A stretch of 64,000 nt of DNA, taken from contig CAJUMA010000001.1 of NCBI GenBank assembly GCA_910587065.1, positions 9,346 to 73,345 of the forward strand. Reading direction: 5' to 3'. Shown here in pieces: positions 46,720-57,060 of this stretch. How positions within the stretch are numbered: position 1 is the first letter of the stretch; the number at the start of each line of letters is the position of its first letter. Made by a program: the position numbers and the translations under genes. This stretch comes from an uncultured Bacilli bacterium (lineage in GTDB: Bacteria > Bacillota_I > Bacilli_A > RF39 > UBA660). The notes below the pieces were generated by a model that worked only from the letters and a program-made list of their open reading frames with translations, did no database searches and was not told the DNA's origin.

Positions 46720-47856
46720 TTAATTGGCAGTTTTTTCTAAAGTCTTCCCTTTAGTTTCTAATTGCTTACTAATCTCTTTTATCCTATTATCACTAATATA
46801 ATATCCAACGTTTAAATTCTTATCACGAGCAAAAGCAGCCAGATCAATTAAAGGGCTTATTGATTTTCCCGGAATCATCAAATCACACAAACTAGTATCA
46901 GTCTTAGGATCATGATAATAAAGCTCCTCTTTTTCATCTATCGTAACAATTGCCGAAGGATTACAAACATCAGCATAAATATTCTTCCCTTCAATAAATA
47001 GATATGGGCACTCATACTTAAGGAAATAGTAATCTTGGATTGTATTTTCTTTGTAAGTCATTGGTGAATTTGCATCCACTACTCTTACATCACTTACCTT
47101 AGAAACATCAGTTGAACAACCATAAAAACTTAATCTTTTTGATACATCAAAGGTTAATCCTTCAAATAATTCAAAATAAGTATAACTATTCTTACTCTTT
47201 AAACCATTGTATGTTAAGAAATCTTTTAAAGGAATCATATTTTTCTTTTTACTACTTAAATCTTTATAAACATATCCTGTGCTAAAGGATAAAACCCTGC
47301 CATCTTTATCCGTTATAATGTAAGTTGGTTCGGACCCATGTACTTCAAAAAGAGAATATCCGCCAAAATCACTTAATTTTGTTAGTAAACATAATTGCCT
47401 TGGCAAATCGAAATATCTCCTATTTAAATTATTAACAATATAAATATCCTCTATATTATATTCTTCATATAAATACGGAGAATATTCACTTTTCTGATAA
47501 GCATAATCATATTTTATTTTTTTTTGTTCATTAGCAAATGAAGATATCCCTTGACTAATAAAGTATTCACATGTATTTTTATCTCTATCAGAAAGTGCAA
47601 TATCAATAGAACTTAACGCATTCTTATTTAATGTCTTATTTGCTATTTCCTTTAATATATTATTCGTTACATCAGAAAAATTAGGATTATAAAACTCCGT
47701 TTCATTTATCATAGTATCATCTTGAAAATCAGTAGCATAAACAGAATATGTACCTATATTCGATGATGCAAATAAGAATGATGCTAAAATAAGTGCTAAA
47801 CTTTTTTTAGTTTTTTTCTTTGAATTATTAATTTTTAACATATTATTTTCCTCCAA
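46720..47856 (-). CDS. secreted hypothetical protein (378 aa)
   Basis: Signal peptide KKSLALILASFLFASSNIGTYSVYA. No domain recognised. Confidence 0.55.
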   Translation of the reverse strand: MEENNMLKINNSKKKTKKSLALILASFLFASSNIGTYSVYATDFQDDTMINETEFYNPNFSDVTNNILKEIANKTLNKNALSSIDIALSDRDKNTCEYFISQGISSFANEQKKIKYDYAYQKSEYSPYLYEEYNIEDIYIVNNLNRRYFDLPRQLCLLTKLSDFGGYSLFEVHGSEPTYIITDKDGRVLSFSTGYVYKDLSSKKKNMIPLKDFLTYNGLKSKNSYTYFELFEGLTFDVSKRLSFYGCSTDVSKVSDVRVVDANSPMTYKENTIQDYYFLKYECPYLFIEGKNIYADVCNPSAIVTIDEKEELYYHDPKTDTSLCDLMIPGKSISPLIDLAAFARDKNLNVGYYISDNRIKEISKQLETKGKTLEKTAN

Positions 47857-47947
47857 TTCGTATATTTTAGCATAAAAACTAAAAAAAGAAAGAAAAATTA
47901 GAAGATTTTCAACTCTTTTTTATGTATAATATAGACAAGGTGTTGTT

Positions 47948-50536
47948 ATGAAGAAAAAATTAATTAATAAAATAAAAAGTAATAAACTTTATGTATGTTC
48001 ATTTTTTATTGCATTAGTAGTAATAAGTATATTATACAAATTAAATAATGTTACTCCTTTTGGTAACAGATCACTTCTGTGTGTTGATTTTTATCACCAA
48101 TATGGCCCAATGTTAGGTGAATTATTTGATAGAATTCATCATAATGATAATTTTATATATTCTTTCAACATGGCAATGGGACTACCCTTCTTTAGAAACT
48201 TTTTAAATTATCTTTCAAGTCCCTTTAATATTATAATGTTACTATTCACTAAAAAAGGGCTTTTAACATCCTATTCTTTTATCATAGGTTTAAAAGCCGT
48301 AGTGTCTTGTTGTACCATGGTTTATTATTTAAGCAAAAAATTTAAAACAAAAGAGCTTTTCTTAATTCCCCTTGGTATTATATATGCCTTTCAAGCATAT
48401 TTTTCAGCTTATTACTGGAATATTATGTGGCTTGACGGAATGGTCTTCTTGCCACTTATAACTTTAGGTATTGAAAATATTGTTAACAAACAAAAGTGGC
48501 GAAGTTACACAGTCTTTCTAGCAATTATGCTTATAGCGAATTACTTTATTGGCTACATGATTTGTATATTTGCTGTTGTATATTTCCTAATATATAATAC
48601 TTATAAAATAAAATTAAAAAAAGATACAATAAAAAAAGAAATAAAAAAATGGTTAAAAAATACTTTTATCTTTGGCGCATCTTCTCTTTTAGGAGGAATG
48701 CTTACATTCTTTTTACTTATTCCAATGTTTACATCAATGTCTTCAATTTCGGCAACTGGAGGATCAATTCCAACATCTCAATATTATGATTTTCAAATAA
48801 TTGATTTTCTTAAAGGGCATTTAACTGGAGTTCATACAACAGTTTTTGCAAGTGATGATATAACGAACCCTAATGTGTCATGTGGAATTTTAAGTGTTGC
48901 ACTTCTACTTGCCTACTTAATTAACCTTGAAATACCTATTAAGAATAAACTTGCTTATATTTTGCTACTTGGATTCTTTATTGCCGCATTCTTTGTTCCG
49001 CAGCTTGACTATATACTGCATGCTTTCCATGTACCAAATGACTTACCTTATAGATATTCATTTTTATATAGCTTTGTCCTTGTTTTAATTGCTGCTTATA
49101 GTCTTATAAATATTAAGAAAATTGATTTTCCAATACTCTCGCTTGCCTATGTATTCTTGATGATCCTTTTACTTTCAATATCTCAAGATGACTGGGCTGA
49201 CATATCCACAAATATGATTTACATAAATATGATATTATTAACACTTTATTTCATCTTTTATTCTGGAATATACTTCTTAAAAAATATGAAAACAATCTTT
49301 TATCTAGCATTAACAGCTGTTGCTTGTATTGATGTTATTGTATCCATTAACTATAACTGGGATATAACACAAGACATGAAATTATTTTACTCAAATTATG
49401 ATAGCAAAATGGAACTACTAGATTTTGTAAAAAAACAAGATGACGAATTGTTCTATCGAATTGAATCAACAAACACGATGACACTAAATGATTCAAGTTG
49501 GTATAATTATTATGGTATGACATCATTTTCTTCTATGGCATATGAATCAATGGCAATACTTCAACATAATTTAGGAATGCCAGGAAATGAAATAAATAGT
49601 TATTCTTATGTCCAAACTACACCAATTTATGATCTAATGTTTGATATAAAATACTTTATTGGTGATTCAAATGATTTAAACAGATACATTGGCGTAAATA
49701 CAATTAAAGAAACTGCTAATGAATTTACATATAATGTTGGACTTGGTTTTGGCGTTTCTAAAGACATTGAAAATTGGAATTATTCTCACTCTAACCCCTT
49801 TGTTGTTCAAAATGATTTTATGGAACGTGCTACTGGAGTTTCTAATATTTTAAAAGAAGCAGAATTAAATAATGTTCAAGATATTTATAAAGACGATAAA
49901 ACAACAATTCTTAAATATAAATATAAAAATCCTGGCGACAATTTATATTTATACACAAGAGATTATTCAATCAAATATATGATCATTGGCGATTGCTTAT
50001 ATTATAAAGATGATGAAGATATAGATTTTTCTAATTATCCCAGTGAAGTAAATTATTCATATATGGACTCATATTCTGAACAAAAAATAATTAATATTAA
50101 TTCTACAGAGGAAGAAATAACTTTATATATCGTATACGACAATTATTATGCAAAGAACTTCTATCTTTACTATATAGACAATGAAGAATTTACTAAGGCA
50201 ACAAATATTTTAAAAAGCAATAAACTAGATATTATATCTTTTAAAGAACACACAATTGAAGGTAATATATATCTTAATGATAATGAAGATCTATACACAT
50301 CTATTCCTTATGATGAAGGCTGGCAAGTATTTGTTGATGGGAAAAAAGCAGAAACTTATGCTTTAGGAGATGCACTGCTTACTGTTAAATGTTCTAAAGG
50401 AAATCATAAAATAAAGTTTGTTTATAAAATCCCTCACTTTAAATTAGGTATAATTTTATCTTCTATAGCTTTAATAATCCTTCTAGTTTCAACTATTTTA
50501 AAACATTTAAAAAAAGAACAAAATACTGGAGATTAA
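47948..50536 (+). CDS. YfhO-family polytopic membrane protein (GT-C type glycosyltransferase)
   Basis: 862 aa. N-terminal region ..GNRSLLCVDFYHQYGPMLGEL.. is typical of YfhO. About 13 TM helices, a large extracytoplasmic C-terminal domain and a terminal TM helix. Confidence 0.8.
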   Translation: MKKKLINKIKSNKLYVCSFFIALVVISILYKLNNVTPFGNRSLLCVDFYHQYGPMLGELFDRIHHNDNFIYSFNMAMGLPFFRNFLNYLSSPFNIIMLLFTKKGLLTSYSFIIGLKAVVSCCTMVYYLSKKFKTKELFLIPLGIIYAFQAYFSAYYWNIMWLDGMVFLPLITLGIENIVNKQKWRSYTVFLAIMLIANYFIGYMICIFAVVYFLIYNTYKIKLKKDTIKKEIKKWLKNTFIFGASSLLGGMLTFFLLIPMFTSMSSISATGGSIPTSQYYDFQIIDFLKGHLTGVHTTVFASDDITNPNVSCGILSVALLLAYLINLEIPIKNKLAYILLLGFFIAAFFVPQLDYILHAFHVPNDLPYRYSFLYSFVLVLIAAYSLINIKKIDFPILSLAYVFLMILLLSISQDDWADISTNMIYINMILLTLYFIFYSGIYFLKNMKTIFYLALTAVACIDVIVSINYNWDITQDMKLFYSNYDSKMELLDFVKKQDDELFYRIESTNTMTLNDSSWYNYYGMTSFSSMAYESMAILQHNLGMPGNEINSYSYVQTTPIYDLMFDIKYFIGDSNDLNRYIGVNTIKETANEFTYNVGLGFGVSKDIENWNYSHSNPFVVQNDFMERATGVSNILKEAELNNVQDIYKDDKTTILKYKYKNPGDNLYLYTRDYSIKYMIIGDCLYYKDDEDIDFSNYPSEVNYSYMDSYSEQKIININSTEEEITLYIVYDNYYAKNFYLYYIDNEEFTKATNILKSNKLDIISFKEHTIEGNIYLNDNEDLYTSIPYDEGWQVFVDGKKAETYALGDALLTVKCSKGNHKIKFVYKIPHFKLGIILSSIALIILLVSTILKHLKKEQNTGD

Positions 50537-51465
50537 TCTCCAGTATTTTTATGTACAAACAATTTATTTATATTTATTTTAGGAAGTAATATTTTAATAT
50601 TTTTTTCATTACTAATATCAAAATTCTTTGTTCTAATTTCCAATTTTTCACCATCTACACACCAAGCATTTTTAGGCAACTTTGCAAAACTAATTTTTAA
50701 GTGATTTGTTCTAAAAGATTCAAAACCATCAACATGCTCGGCATCAGTCGCGATTAACATCGCCATCGCTCTTAAAATATCTATCTTCCTCGTATATGTA
50801 CAAAATAAAACTTCAAATGTATCATCATCTAATTTAACATCCTTATAAAAGTTATTAAGTCCTGCTATACGCGTTGCAGAAGACACTAACATAAAAGAAT
50901 ATATTCCTTTTATTTTATCGCCATTTATCTCATATTCAACATTATAATTCTTTGTGCGAGAAAAAAAATCTTTAAGGCCACTTGCTAAATAAGCTAAATG
51001 CCCATACTTCTTTTTTAGATCTCTTGGAGTTTCATATGGGATGTTCATAAATTTACCAAATCCCGCCACATAAACAAAAGGTCTACCGTTAATTAAAGGA
51101 ATATCCATACCTCTAATTTCCCCATTTAAACATAAATGAATATTCTTTTCAATATCTTTTCCATAGCCGAACATTACACCGACATCATTTGTTGTACCAA
51201 CTGGTATATGGGCTAAAACTAGTCTTTTTTTTCGGCTTAAATTTCCATGAACTATTTCATTAAAAGTACCATCCCCACCCATGGAAATAACCAAATCAAC
51301 ATAGCCAATATGACTAACAATTTCTTTTGCGTGTCCTTTATATTCTGTACCAATAAACGTGGCAGAATAACCGTGACTCTCAACAATACTTTTATATTTT
51401 TTTATGTTTCGTTTTTTTATTGTATGTCCACTATTGGGATTATATATTACAACACACGTTTTCAT
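50533..51465 (-). CDS. diacylglycerol kinase-family lipid kinase (YegS/BmrU type)
   Basis: MKTCVVIYNPNSG and SMGGDGTFNEIV (GGDGT motif). Confidence 0.85.
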   Translation of the reverse strand: MKTCVVIYNPNSGHTIKKRNIKKYKSIVESHGYSATFIGTEYKGHAKEIVSHIGYVDLVISMGGDGTFNEIVHGNLSRKKRLVLAHIPVGTTNDVGVMFGYGKDIEKNIHLCLNGEIRGMDIPLINGRPFVYVAGFGKFMNIPYETPRDLKKKYGHLAYLASGLKDFFSRTKNYNVEYEINGDKIKGIYSFMLVSSATRIAGLNNFYKDVKLDDDTFEVLFCTYTRKIDILRAMAMLIATDAEHVDGFESFRTNHLKISFAKLPKNAWCVDGEKLEIRTKNFDISNEKNIKILLPKININKLFVHKNTGD

Positions 51466-51502
51466 AGTACTTGACTCCTTTCCATGAGATTATAATGCAA
51501 GG

Positions 51503-52405
51503 TTATTTTTTTGTCAATTTTGAAGAATCTTTTAACATCGAAATAAGCTTATTAGTCGCAAATGATGGAATAACATCTTTCTTTGTAATTAATCCAATAT
51601 ATCTACTAGGAATTTTAGGATTTATTTTTAATTCAATTAATTCTCCTGATTTAAGTTTGTCCTGAACAAACTCCTTAACAACATAACCTACACCAAAACC
51701 AATAGTTGTCATATCTTGAACTAATCCATAACTGGCAAGACACATTTCAGGTTCTAAATAAATATCATACTTACCCAAAATGGAATCAAGAAAATCTCTC
51801 GTATTAGTTCCTTTTGGCTGAAGTATAAGAGGATACTTATTTAAATCACTTAAATTAATAACATTTGTTCCCATATTAAATTTCTTAGAAACCACAAAAA
51901 TATCTTGTATCTCTTTTAAATTATATATATCTATATCATTATATTTTTTTATTGGTAAATTAGCTATTATTAAATCTATTAAACCATCTCTTAATTTAGG
52001 AATTAATTCAGATGCCTTATTCGTTACAATCTCTATCTTAATATTTGGATATAATTTATGAAAATCCTCCAAGTAAGGAAGAGGATATTCTTTTACTAAA
52101 GTTCTTGATATACCAATACGGATTAACCCTGTATTTAAACTTACCATATCAGTAAATTTATTCTCTGCGTTTCTAATATGCTCAATAGCAAGTTTTATAT
52201 AAGAGTGCAATTCTTTTCCTTCCTCAGTTAAATTAACTCCTCTTTTAGTACGAACAAATAATGAACCACCTAGCTGATTCTCAAGTGATTTAATGGATTT
52301 AGACACAGCCGGCTGAGAAATATGAAGTTTATCAGCTGCAGCTGTTATATTACCCGCATTCGCAACTTCATTAAAGACACGATATAATTCAAAATCTATA
52401 TTCAT
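51503..52405 (-). CDS. LysR family transcriptional regulator
   Basis: wHTH ITAAADKLHISQPAVSKSIKSLENQLGGSLFVR. ATG 52405 follows a GAGGA RBS. Paralogous to the LysR at 22998. Confidence 0.9.
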   Translation of the reverse strand: MNIDFELYRVFNEVANAGNITAAADKLHISQPAVSKSIKSLENQLGGSLFVRTKRGVNLTEEGKELHSYIKLAIEHIRNAENKFTDMVSLNTGLIRIGISRTLVKEYPLPYLEDFHKLYPNIKIEIVTNKASELIPKLRDGLIDLIIANLPIKKYNDIDIYNLKEIQDIFVVSKKFNMGTNVINLSDLNKYPLILQPKGTNTRDFLDSILGKYDIYLEPEMCLASYGLVQDMTTIGFGVGYVVKEFVQDKLKSGELIELKINPKIPSRYIGLITKKDVIPSFATNKLISMLKDSSKLTKK

Positions 52406-52527
52406 AAACGTCCTCAATTTCTATAATAACTAGTGATTATATTAAATATTACTAATATATATTTTTATTATACCATATTATTTGCTATTATGTAGTTGTA
52501 AGAGATATAATAGTTGAAGGTGGTAGT

Positions 52528-53853
52528 ATGGTAATTAATATGGGAAAAATAATATCTTATGACAAGGAGGTAAAAAAAGCACGATTAATATCCATAAAAG
52601 ATAATAAGATATTAGTATGTAATTACAACGGTTATTTAATGCTACCAGGAGGTAAACTTGATGATACCGAATCATTTAATGAAGGATTAAAAAGAGAAAT
52701 AAAAGAAGAAATTGGTGTCGAGATTGAAAACGAACAAGAATTTGTAACAGTAAATAATTATGTCAAGAATTATATTAGTCGAGATGGTAATGTAACTAAC
52801 AGAAAGATAAAAACTATTTATTATACTACTGATGAAGATATTGATATAACAAAGAAGAGACTGCTTTCTAAAAAAGAAAAAGATGGCAAATTTATATTAG
52901 GATACATTGATATAGAAGAATTGATTAATATCATTAACACTAGTAACTTACCTTATAAAAAACGCATATTTGCCGAGGAAATATTAAGAGTCATAAATTA
53001 TTATTTAAAACGAGATAAATTAATTGATTTACATACGCATACTAATAAATCAGATGGTCAGTTTAGTCCAACAGAAGTTATTAATCAAGCAATAAATATG
53101 GGAATTAGTACAATCGCGATAACTGATCACGATACAGTGGCTGGACTAGAAGAACTAGATTATAATAATCCCTTAATTCAAATAATTCCTGGGATCGAAA
53201 TATCTGTAAAAAGAGAAAAAGGACGCATGCATATTTTAGGTTTGGGAATAGATTATAGAAATAAAGATTTAAGAGATTATTTAAAAGAGATGCAAGAATT
53301 TAACCGCTATAACCTAAGAAATATTGTTAATTATTTAACTAGTACAGGCATAAAACTTGATATGGATGACGTTGAGGGAATCATGCGTTTAAATAAAAAT
53401 GTTGGAAGACCAGATATAGCAAAATTACTCATTAAAGAAGGTTATGTAGCTGGTGTTCAAGAAGCATTTGACAAATATTTAATTGATGCTTTTAATAAAT
53501 CAAGGCATCTAAATAAAGGACATAAATATAAAGATGCTTTAGAAGTTATAACTAATGCTAATGGTTTACCAATACTAGCTCACCCAAATTCATTAGAATT
53601 AGATCATGAATCTTTTGAAAAGTTAATTGAAGATATGACTAAAAACAAACTAAGAGGTTTAGAAGTATTTCACCCACATATGAGTGAAGAAGAAAGAGAG
53701 TACTATGCGGGCGTTGCCGAATATTATAACTTATTAATATCTGGCGGAACAGATTATCATGGAATTAATGTAAAACCAAATACTAAACTAGGTATCGGAA
53801 ATAATAATATATACATCACTAATTTACCAATTTTAAAAGAATTAAAAAAATAA
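52528..53853 (+). CDS. Nudix hydrolase - PHP (polymerase/histidinol phosphatase) domain fusion protein
   Basis: Nudix box GGKLDDTESFNEGLKREIKEEIGV at residues ~41-64. PHP motifs DLHTHTNKSDG, AITDHD, LAHP and SGGTDYHG occupy the C-terminal 270 aa. Confidence 0.8.
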   Translation: MVINMGKIISYDKEVKKARLISIKDNKILVCNYNGYLMLPGGKLDDTESFNEGLKREIKEEIGVEIENEQEFVTVNNYVKNYISRDGNVTNRKIKTIYYTTDEDIDITKKRLLSKKEKDGKFILGYIDIEELINIINTSNLPYKKRIFAEEILRVINYYLKRDKLIDLHTHTNKSDGQFSPTEVINQAINMGISTIAITDHDTVAGLEELDYNNPLIQIIPGIEISVKREKGRMHILGLGIDYRNKDLRDYLKEMQEFNRYNLRNIVNYLTSTGIKLDMDDVEGIMRLNKNVGRPDIAKLLIKEGYVAGVQEAFDKYLIDAFNKSRHLNKGHKYKDALEVITNANGLPILAHPNSLELDHESFEKLIEDMTKNKLRGLEVFHPHMSEEEREYYAGVAEYYNLLISGGTDYHGINVKPNTKLGIGNNNIYITNLPILKELKK

Positions 53854-53863
53854 ATAAACATAG

Positions 53864-55036
53864 TTATTTATTTTTTTTTGGTAATTCGAAAGGTAAATTC
53901 AATTTTTTTTCATACTCTCTGCGAGCTAACTGAGACTTATTAAATCCATTGAAAAACTTTAGCATATTTTCATTTTCTTCATCCGTAATCTTCTGATACT
54001 CCGCAAATACTTGAGGATAAGTTATATACCAATGATAAAGAATATCTCGCATATCATCTAATTTAAGTAATTCTCTTAAATCTTGTTTTGTTCTTATATC
54101 CGTGTTATCTAGTATATCCCATGCAATGCGATAAATAAAACTTTGGAAATGAGAAAGATTTCCTTCATATCCCGAAAAACATTCAAGAATATTTTTACGA
54201 AGATTATCTTTTAATGATGGCTCTAACCAATAAGAAAATAATACATTAGAATATTTTTTTTCAATAGCTAGACATTGTAAATATAGAGGAAGCATATCTA
54301 AAGTATCACGCCAAATATCGACATTAACTTGATCAAATTGATTTAAATCATTATTTTTTAGATATTCTATTGCATCAGATCTAACAATTTTTATCTTATC
54401 CCTATTTTTAAATTGAGGCAAAATAACACTTTCAAATATATCAATAACACTTTGGTTTAATTCAACAATTGTAATACTTTCAACTTCTTCTTTTAAAGAA
54501 ATCATATATGCAACATAACCAAGCCCACAACCACAAAGACATACATTTCCTTCAGCTTCATCAATAAATTTTTGGAAACTTTGGATCTCCGAAGGTTCAA
54601 CAGTCATCCAACTAACAGTCTCCCCCTTTTCCGTTATACCTGGAAATCTTAAAGGACGATCACAAATAAAGAAACTATTTATTGGTTCAAATGTCTCAAG
54701 ATCACGCGTTCTTTCACCATAAGCTGTAAGAGTATTTGCTGCTATATCGCGTTTTCTTCCTAATTCGATATTTCCTATTGCTGTCTTAGGAATTTTAATA
54801 TCACTTAAGTATGCATTACTCATTATTTCCTCTTTGCTTAATCTACGAATCATGTCATTTAATTGAGGATAATTAGCTATTTTTATAAATTCTTCTATTT
54901 TATTCTCCCCAACTATAAGACCCCCATCAGCAAAGCCAGAGAGCATATCACTTAAAAGATTTTCTTTTTCAAGTAATTCTAAAACATGATTTTTAAAATC
55001 GTTCATCTTTCGATTATCTGCAATCAAAATCAACAC
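53864..55036 (-). CDS. class I SAM-dependent methyltransferase / spermidine-synthase-like fold protein
   Basis: Gly-rich motif I variant NVCLCGCGLGYVA, followed by an acidic beta-2 end ITIVELN. Confidence 0.45.
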   Translation of the reverse strand: MLILIADNRKMNDFKNHVLELLEKENLLSDMLSGFADGGLIVGENKIEEFIKIANYPQLNDMIRRLSKEEIMSNAYLSDIKIPKTAIGNIELGRKRDIAANTLTAYGERTRDLETFEPINSFFICDRPLRFPGITEKGETVSWMTVEPSEIQSFQKFIDEAEGNVCLCGCGLGYVAYMISLKEEVESITIVELNQSVIDIFESVILPQFKNRDKIKIVRSDAIEYLKNNDLNQFDQVNVDIWRDTLDMLPLYLQCLAIEKKYSNVLFSYWLEPSLKDNLRKNILECFSGYEGNLSHFQSFIYRIAWDILDNTDIRTKQDLRELLKLDDMRDILYHWYITYPQVFAEYQKITDEENENMLKFFNGFNKSQLARREYEKKLNLPFELPKKNK

Positions 55037-55140
55037 CTCTTTCAGATAAATAACTATTCTAACACATAGTTGATTTTTTTCAACAAAAAGATACTAAGTT
55101 TTAATAATATAGTATAATATTCAAGGAAAGGAGTAACTCT

Positions 55141-55377
55141 ATGGATAACAAAAAATTTGGTAAGTTTATTCTTCAATTAAGAAAAGAAAAAGGATGGACT
55201 CAACAAGAGTTTGCCGATAAAATTTTCGTAACAGACAAAGCAGTTAGTAAATGGGAACGTGGATTATATTTTCCTGATATCAGTTTAACGATTCCAATTG
55301 CAGAATTATTTTCCATTTCAGTCTCAGAATTACTTAAAGGTGAAAAAAATGAAAATGAATCAATAAATGAAAAATAA
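55141..55377 (+). CDS. XRE-family helix-turn-helix transcriptional regulator
   Basis: FGKFILQLRKEKGWTQQEFADKIFVTDKAVSKWERG is a classic HTH_3. Confidence 0.85.
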   Translation: MDNKKFGKFILQLRKEKGWTQQEFADKIFVTDKAVSKWERGLYFPDISLTIPIAELFSISVSELLKGEKNENESINEK

Positions 55378-55535
55378 AAACAATTAACAAAACGCTAAAA
55401 GGTTTCTTAAAGATGTTGCACAACAATTCTATCATTAGCTAATTAGTTTTACTTACAATTTTTTTCGTATTATTAAAAAACAGTTCTTTTTATACTATTT
55501 TCTAATATACTATATTAGAAATAATTAATTACACA

Positions 55536-55564
55536 TTGACAATATAAAGTTATTAATGTACAAT
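55536..55564 (+). promoter_or_regulatory. sigma-A type promoter for tRNA-Cys
   Basis: TTGACA (55536-55541), a 17-nt spacer, then TACAAT (55559-55564), about 40 nt upstream of the tRNA. Confidence 0.5.
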
Positions 55565-55605
55565 TAAAAAGTGTAAAAAAGAAATTCAGTATTAAGTTTA
55601 TTGAT

Positions 55606-55679
55606 GGGTCTATAGCCAAGTGGTAAGGCATGGGACTGCAACTCCCTGATCGTTGGTTCAAATCCGACTAGGCCCTCCA
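55606..55679 (+). tRNA. tRNA-Cys (anticodon GCA), CCA-encoded
   Basis: Cloverleaf read by eye. Acceptor GGGTCTA/TAGGCCC, anticodon loop CTGCAAC (GCA at 55638-55640), T-loop TTCAAAT. The discriminator U73 is typical of tRNA-Cys, and the 3' CCA is encoded. Confidence 0.9.
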
Positions 55680-55690
55680 TAAAAAAATAT

Positions 55691-55716
55691 CCGAACTAAA
55701 ATTAGTTCGGTTTTTA
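55691..55716 (+). terminator. intrinsic terminator after tRNA-Cys
   Basis: CCGAACTA, loop AAAT, TAGTTCGG, followed by TTTTT. Confidence 0.8.
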
Positions 55717-55776
55717 TTTTATATTAAGGCAATTGTAAAATTATTCCATATCTTCCAATTTACTATAAATGTCATA

Positions 55777-56357
55777 CTAACTATAACATCTTAGAATGTT
55801 GTTACCAATTATTTCAGTGTTATATCTAGCATTATAACAAATAACAGGAATTAATTTGCTTATCTCTTGTATATTTCTTGGGTTATCTTCAATCATAACG
55901 TCTATTTTATTAGTAATAATAAAGTCTGTCTTATCTCCGTTAGCAAATATTAATTCATCATAATATATTGAATTATCTTTTAACCATTTTATTACAATCT
56001 CTTTCATTCTTTCAGGAGTTATATCACAATAAGATAAATTACTACTTCTATTAGTAATTATACATATTATATTGCCTTTTTTTTTAATTTTTTAATAATT
56101 TCACCAGCAAAATTTCTTGGAGGAATCTCTATATAATCATATATTGCTTTAGACCACACTTCTTTACCAATATTTTCGTCTATATTTAAATCTTCCTTTT
56201 TAAAATCTATATTGTTAATAACCTTATTAAACATTCCGCTTTCATAAAGATATTTGCTACCATAATCTATCTCAAACTCTTCGACATTTGTTAATACTCC
56301 ATCTATATCTATACCTATTCTCATACTCTCATCTAAAATAATTTTACTACAAAACAT
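55777..56357 (-). pseudogene. HAD-superfamily 5'(3')-deoxyribonucleotidase-like gene split at a homopolymer
   Basis: N-terminal part MRIGIDIDGVLTNVEEF (HAD motif I). The reading frame changes at the T9 run 56077-56085. The continuation is ..NIICIITNRSSNLSYCDITPERMKEIVIKWLKDNSIYYDELIF..MIEDNPRN. Confidence 0.6.
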
Positions 56358-56366
56358 ACCATTTTC

Positions 56367-56978
56367 TTAACTTATATCAAAATGATTAACAACTTCCATT
56401 ATAATTTCATCTATATTTGTTTTACCATCATTTATAATCACTTTAAAATTTTCATTCTTGCACTCTCTTTCTATTTCTTTAGAAAATAGAAAATCTCTTT
56501 CCATCCAATTTCCAAATGCCTCTTTTTTATTCAAACACCCCTCAAGCATACTAGAAACATATGGTCTTTTTTGATAGTGTAAAATTTGAAAATCCTTTGT
56601 TGGAATTATAGCTAAATAACTAGTATTTTGAACTCTTAATTTTTTTATCAATGTTGGTAGGTAAGCACACCCCTCTGTTAAAATGTCCTTATTACAACTT
56701 ATGTTTTCTAAATCATGTATTACATATTCAAATATTTCTTTGTATATGCCAAATTCTTCATCTTTTTGAGTTACAGGATCTCTCATCCATATTTCTTCAA
56801 ATGTCATAGATAGATTTTTTTTACACAATGGTTTATCATTTAAAGCAGCTTTTTTCATGTATTTATCTAAAAAGTCATCAACCTTAAAATAATATAAATC
56901 ATATTTTTTAGAAATATCTTCACAAACAGTACTTTTGCCAGCGCAAGGAGAACCTCCTACAAAATATATCTTTCTCAA
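56367..56978 (-). CDS. P-loop NTPase / nucleoside(nucleotide) kinase-like protein
   Basis: Walker A YFVGGSPCAGKSTV at the N-terminus of a 203-aa protein. Confidence 0.55.
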   Translation of the reverse strand: MRKIYFVGGSPCAGKSTVCEDISKKYDLYYFKVDDFLDKYMKKAALNDKPLCKKNLSMTFEEIWMRDPVTQKDEEFGIYKEIFEYVIHDLENISCNKDILTEGCAYLPTLIKKLRVQNTSYLAIIPTKDFQILHYQKRPYVSSMLEGCLNKKEAFGNWMERDFLFSKEIERECKNENFKVIINDGKTNIDEIIMEVVNHFDIS

Positions 56979-57060
56979 ATTTTATCTCCTCCATAAATTA
57001 GTATAGTCTCTACACTAACTCTAACCAAAAGTTTACTGTTTATTCAATAAAAAGTAAATA

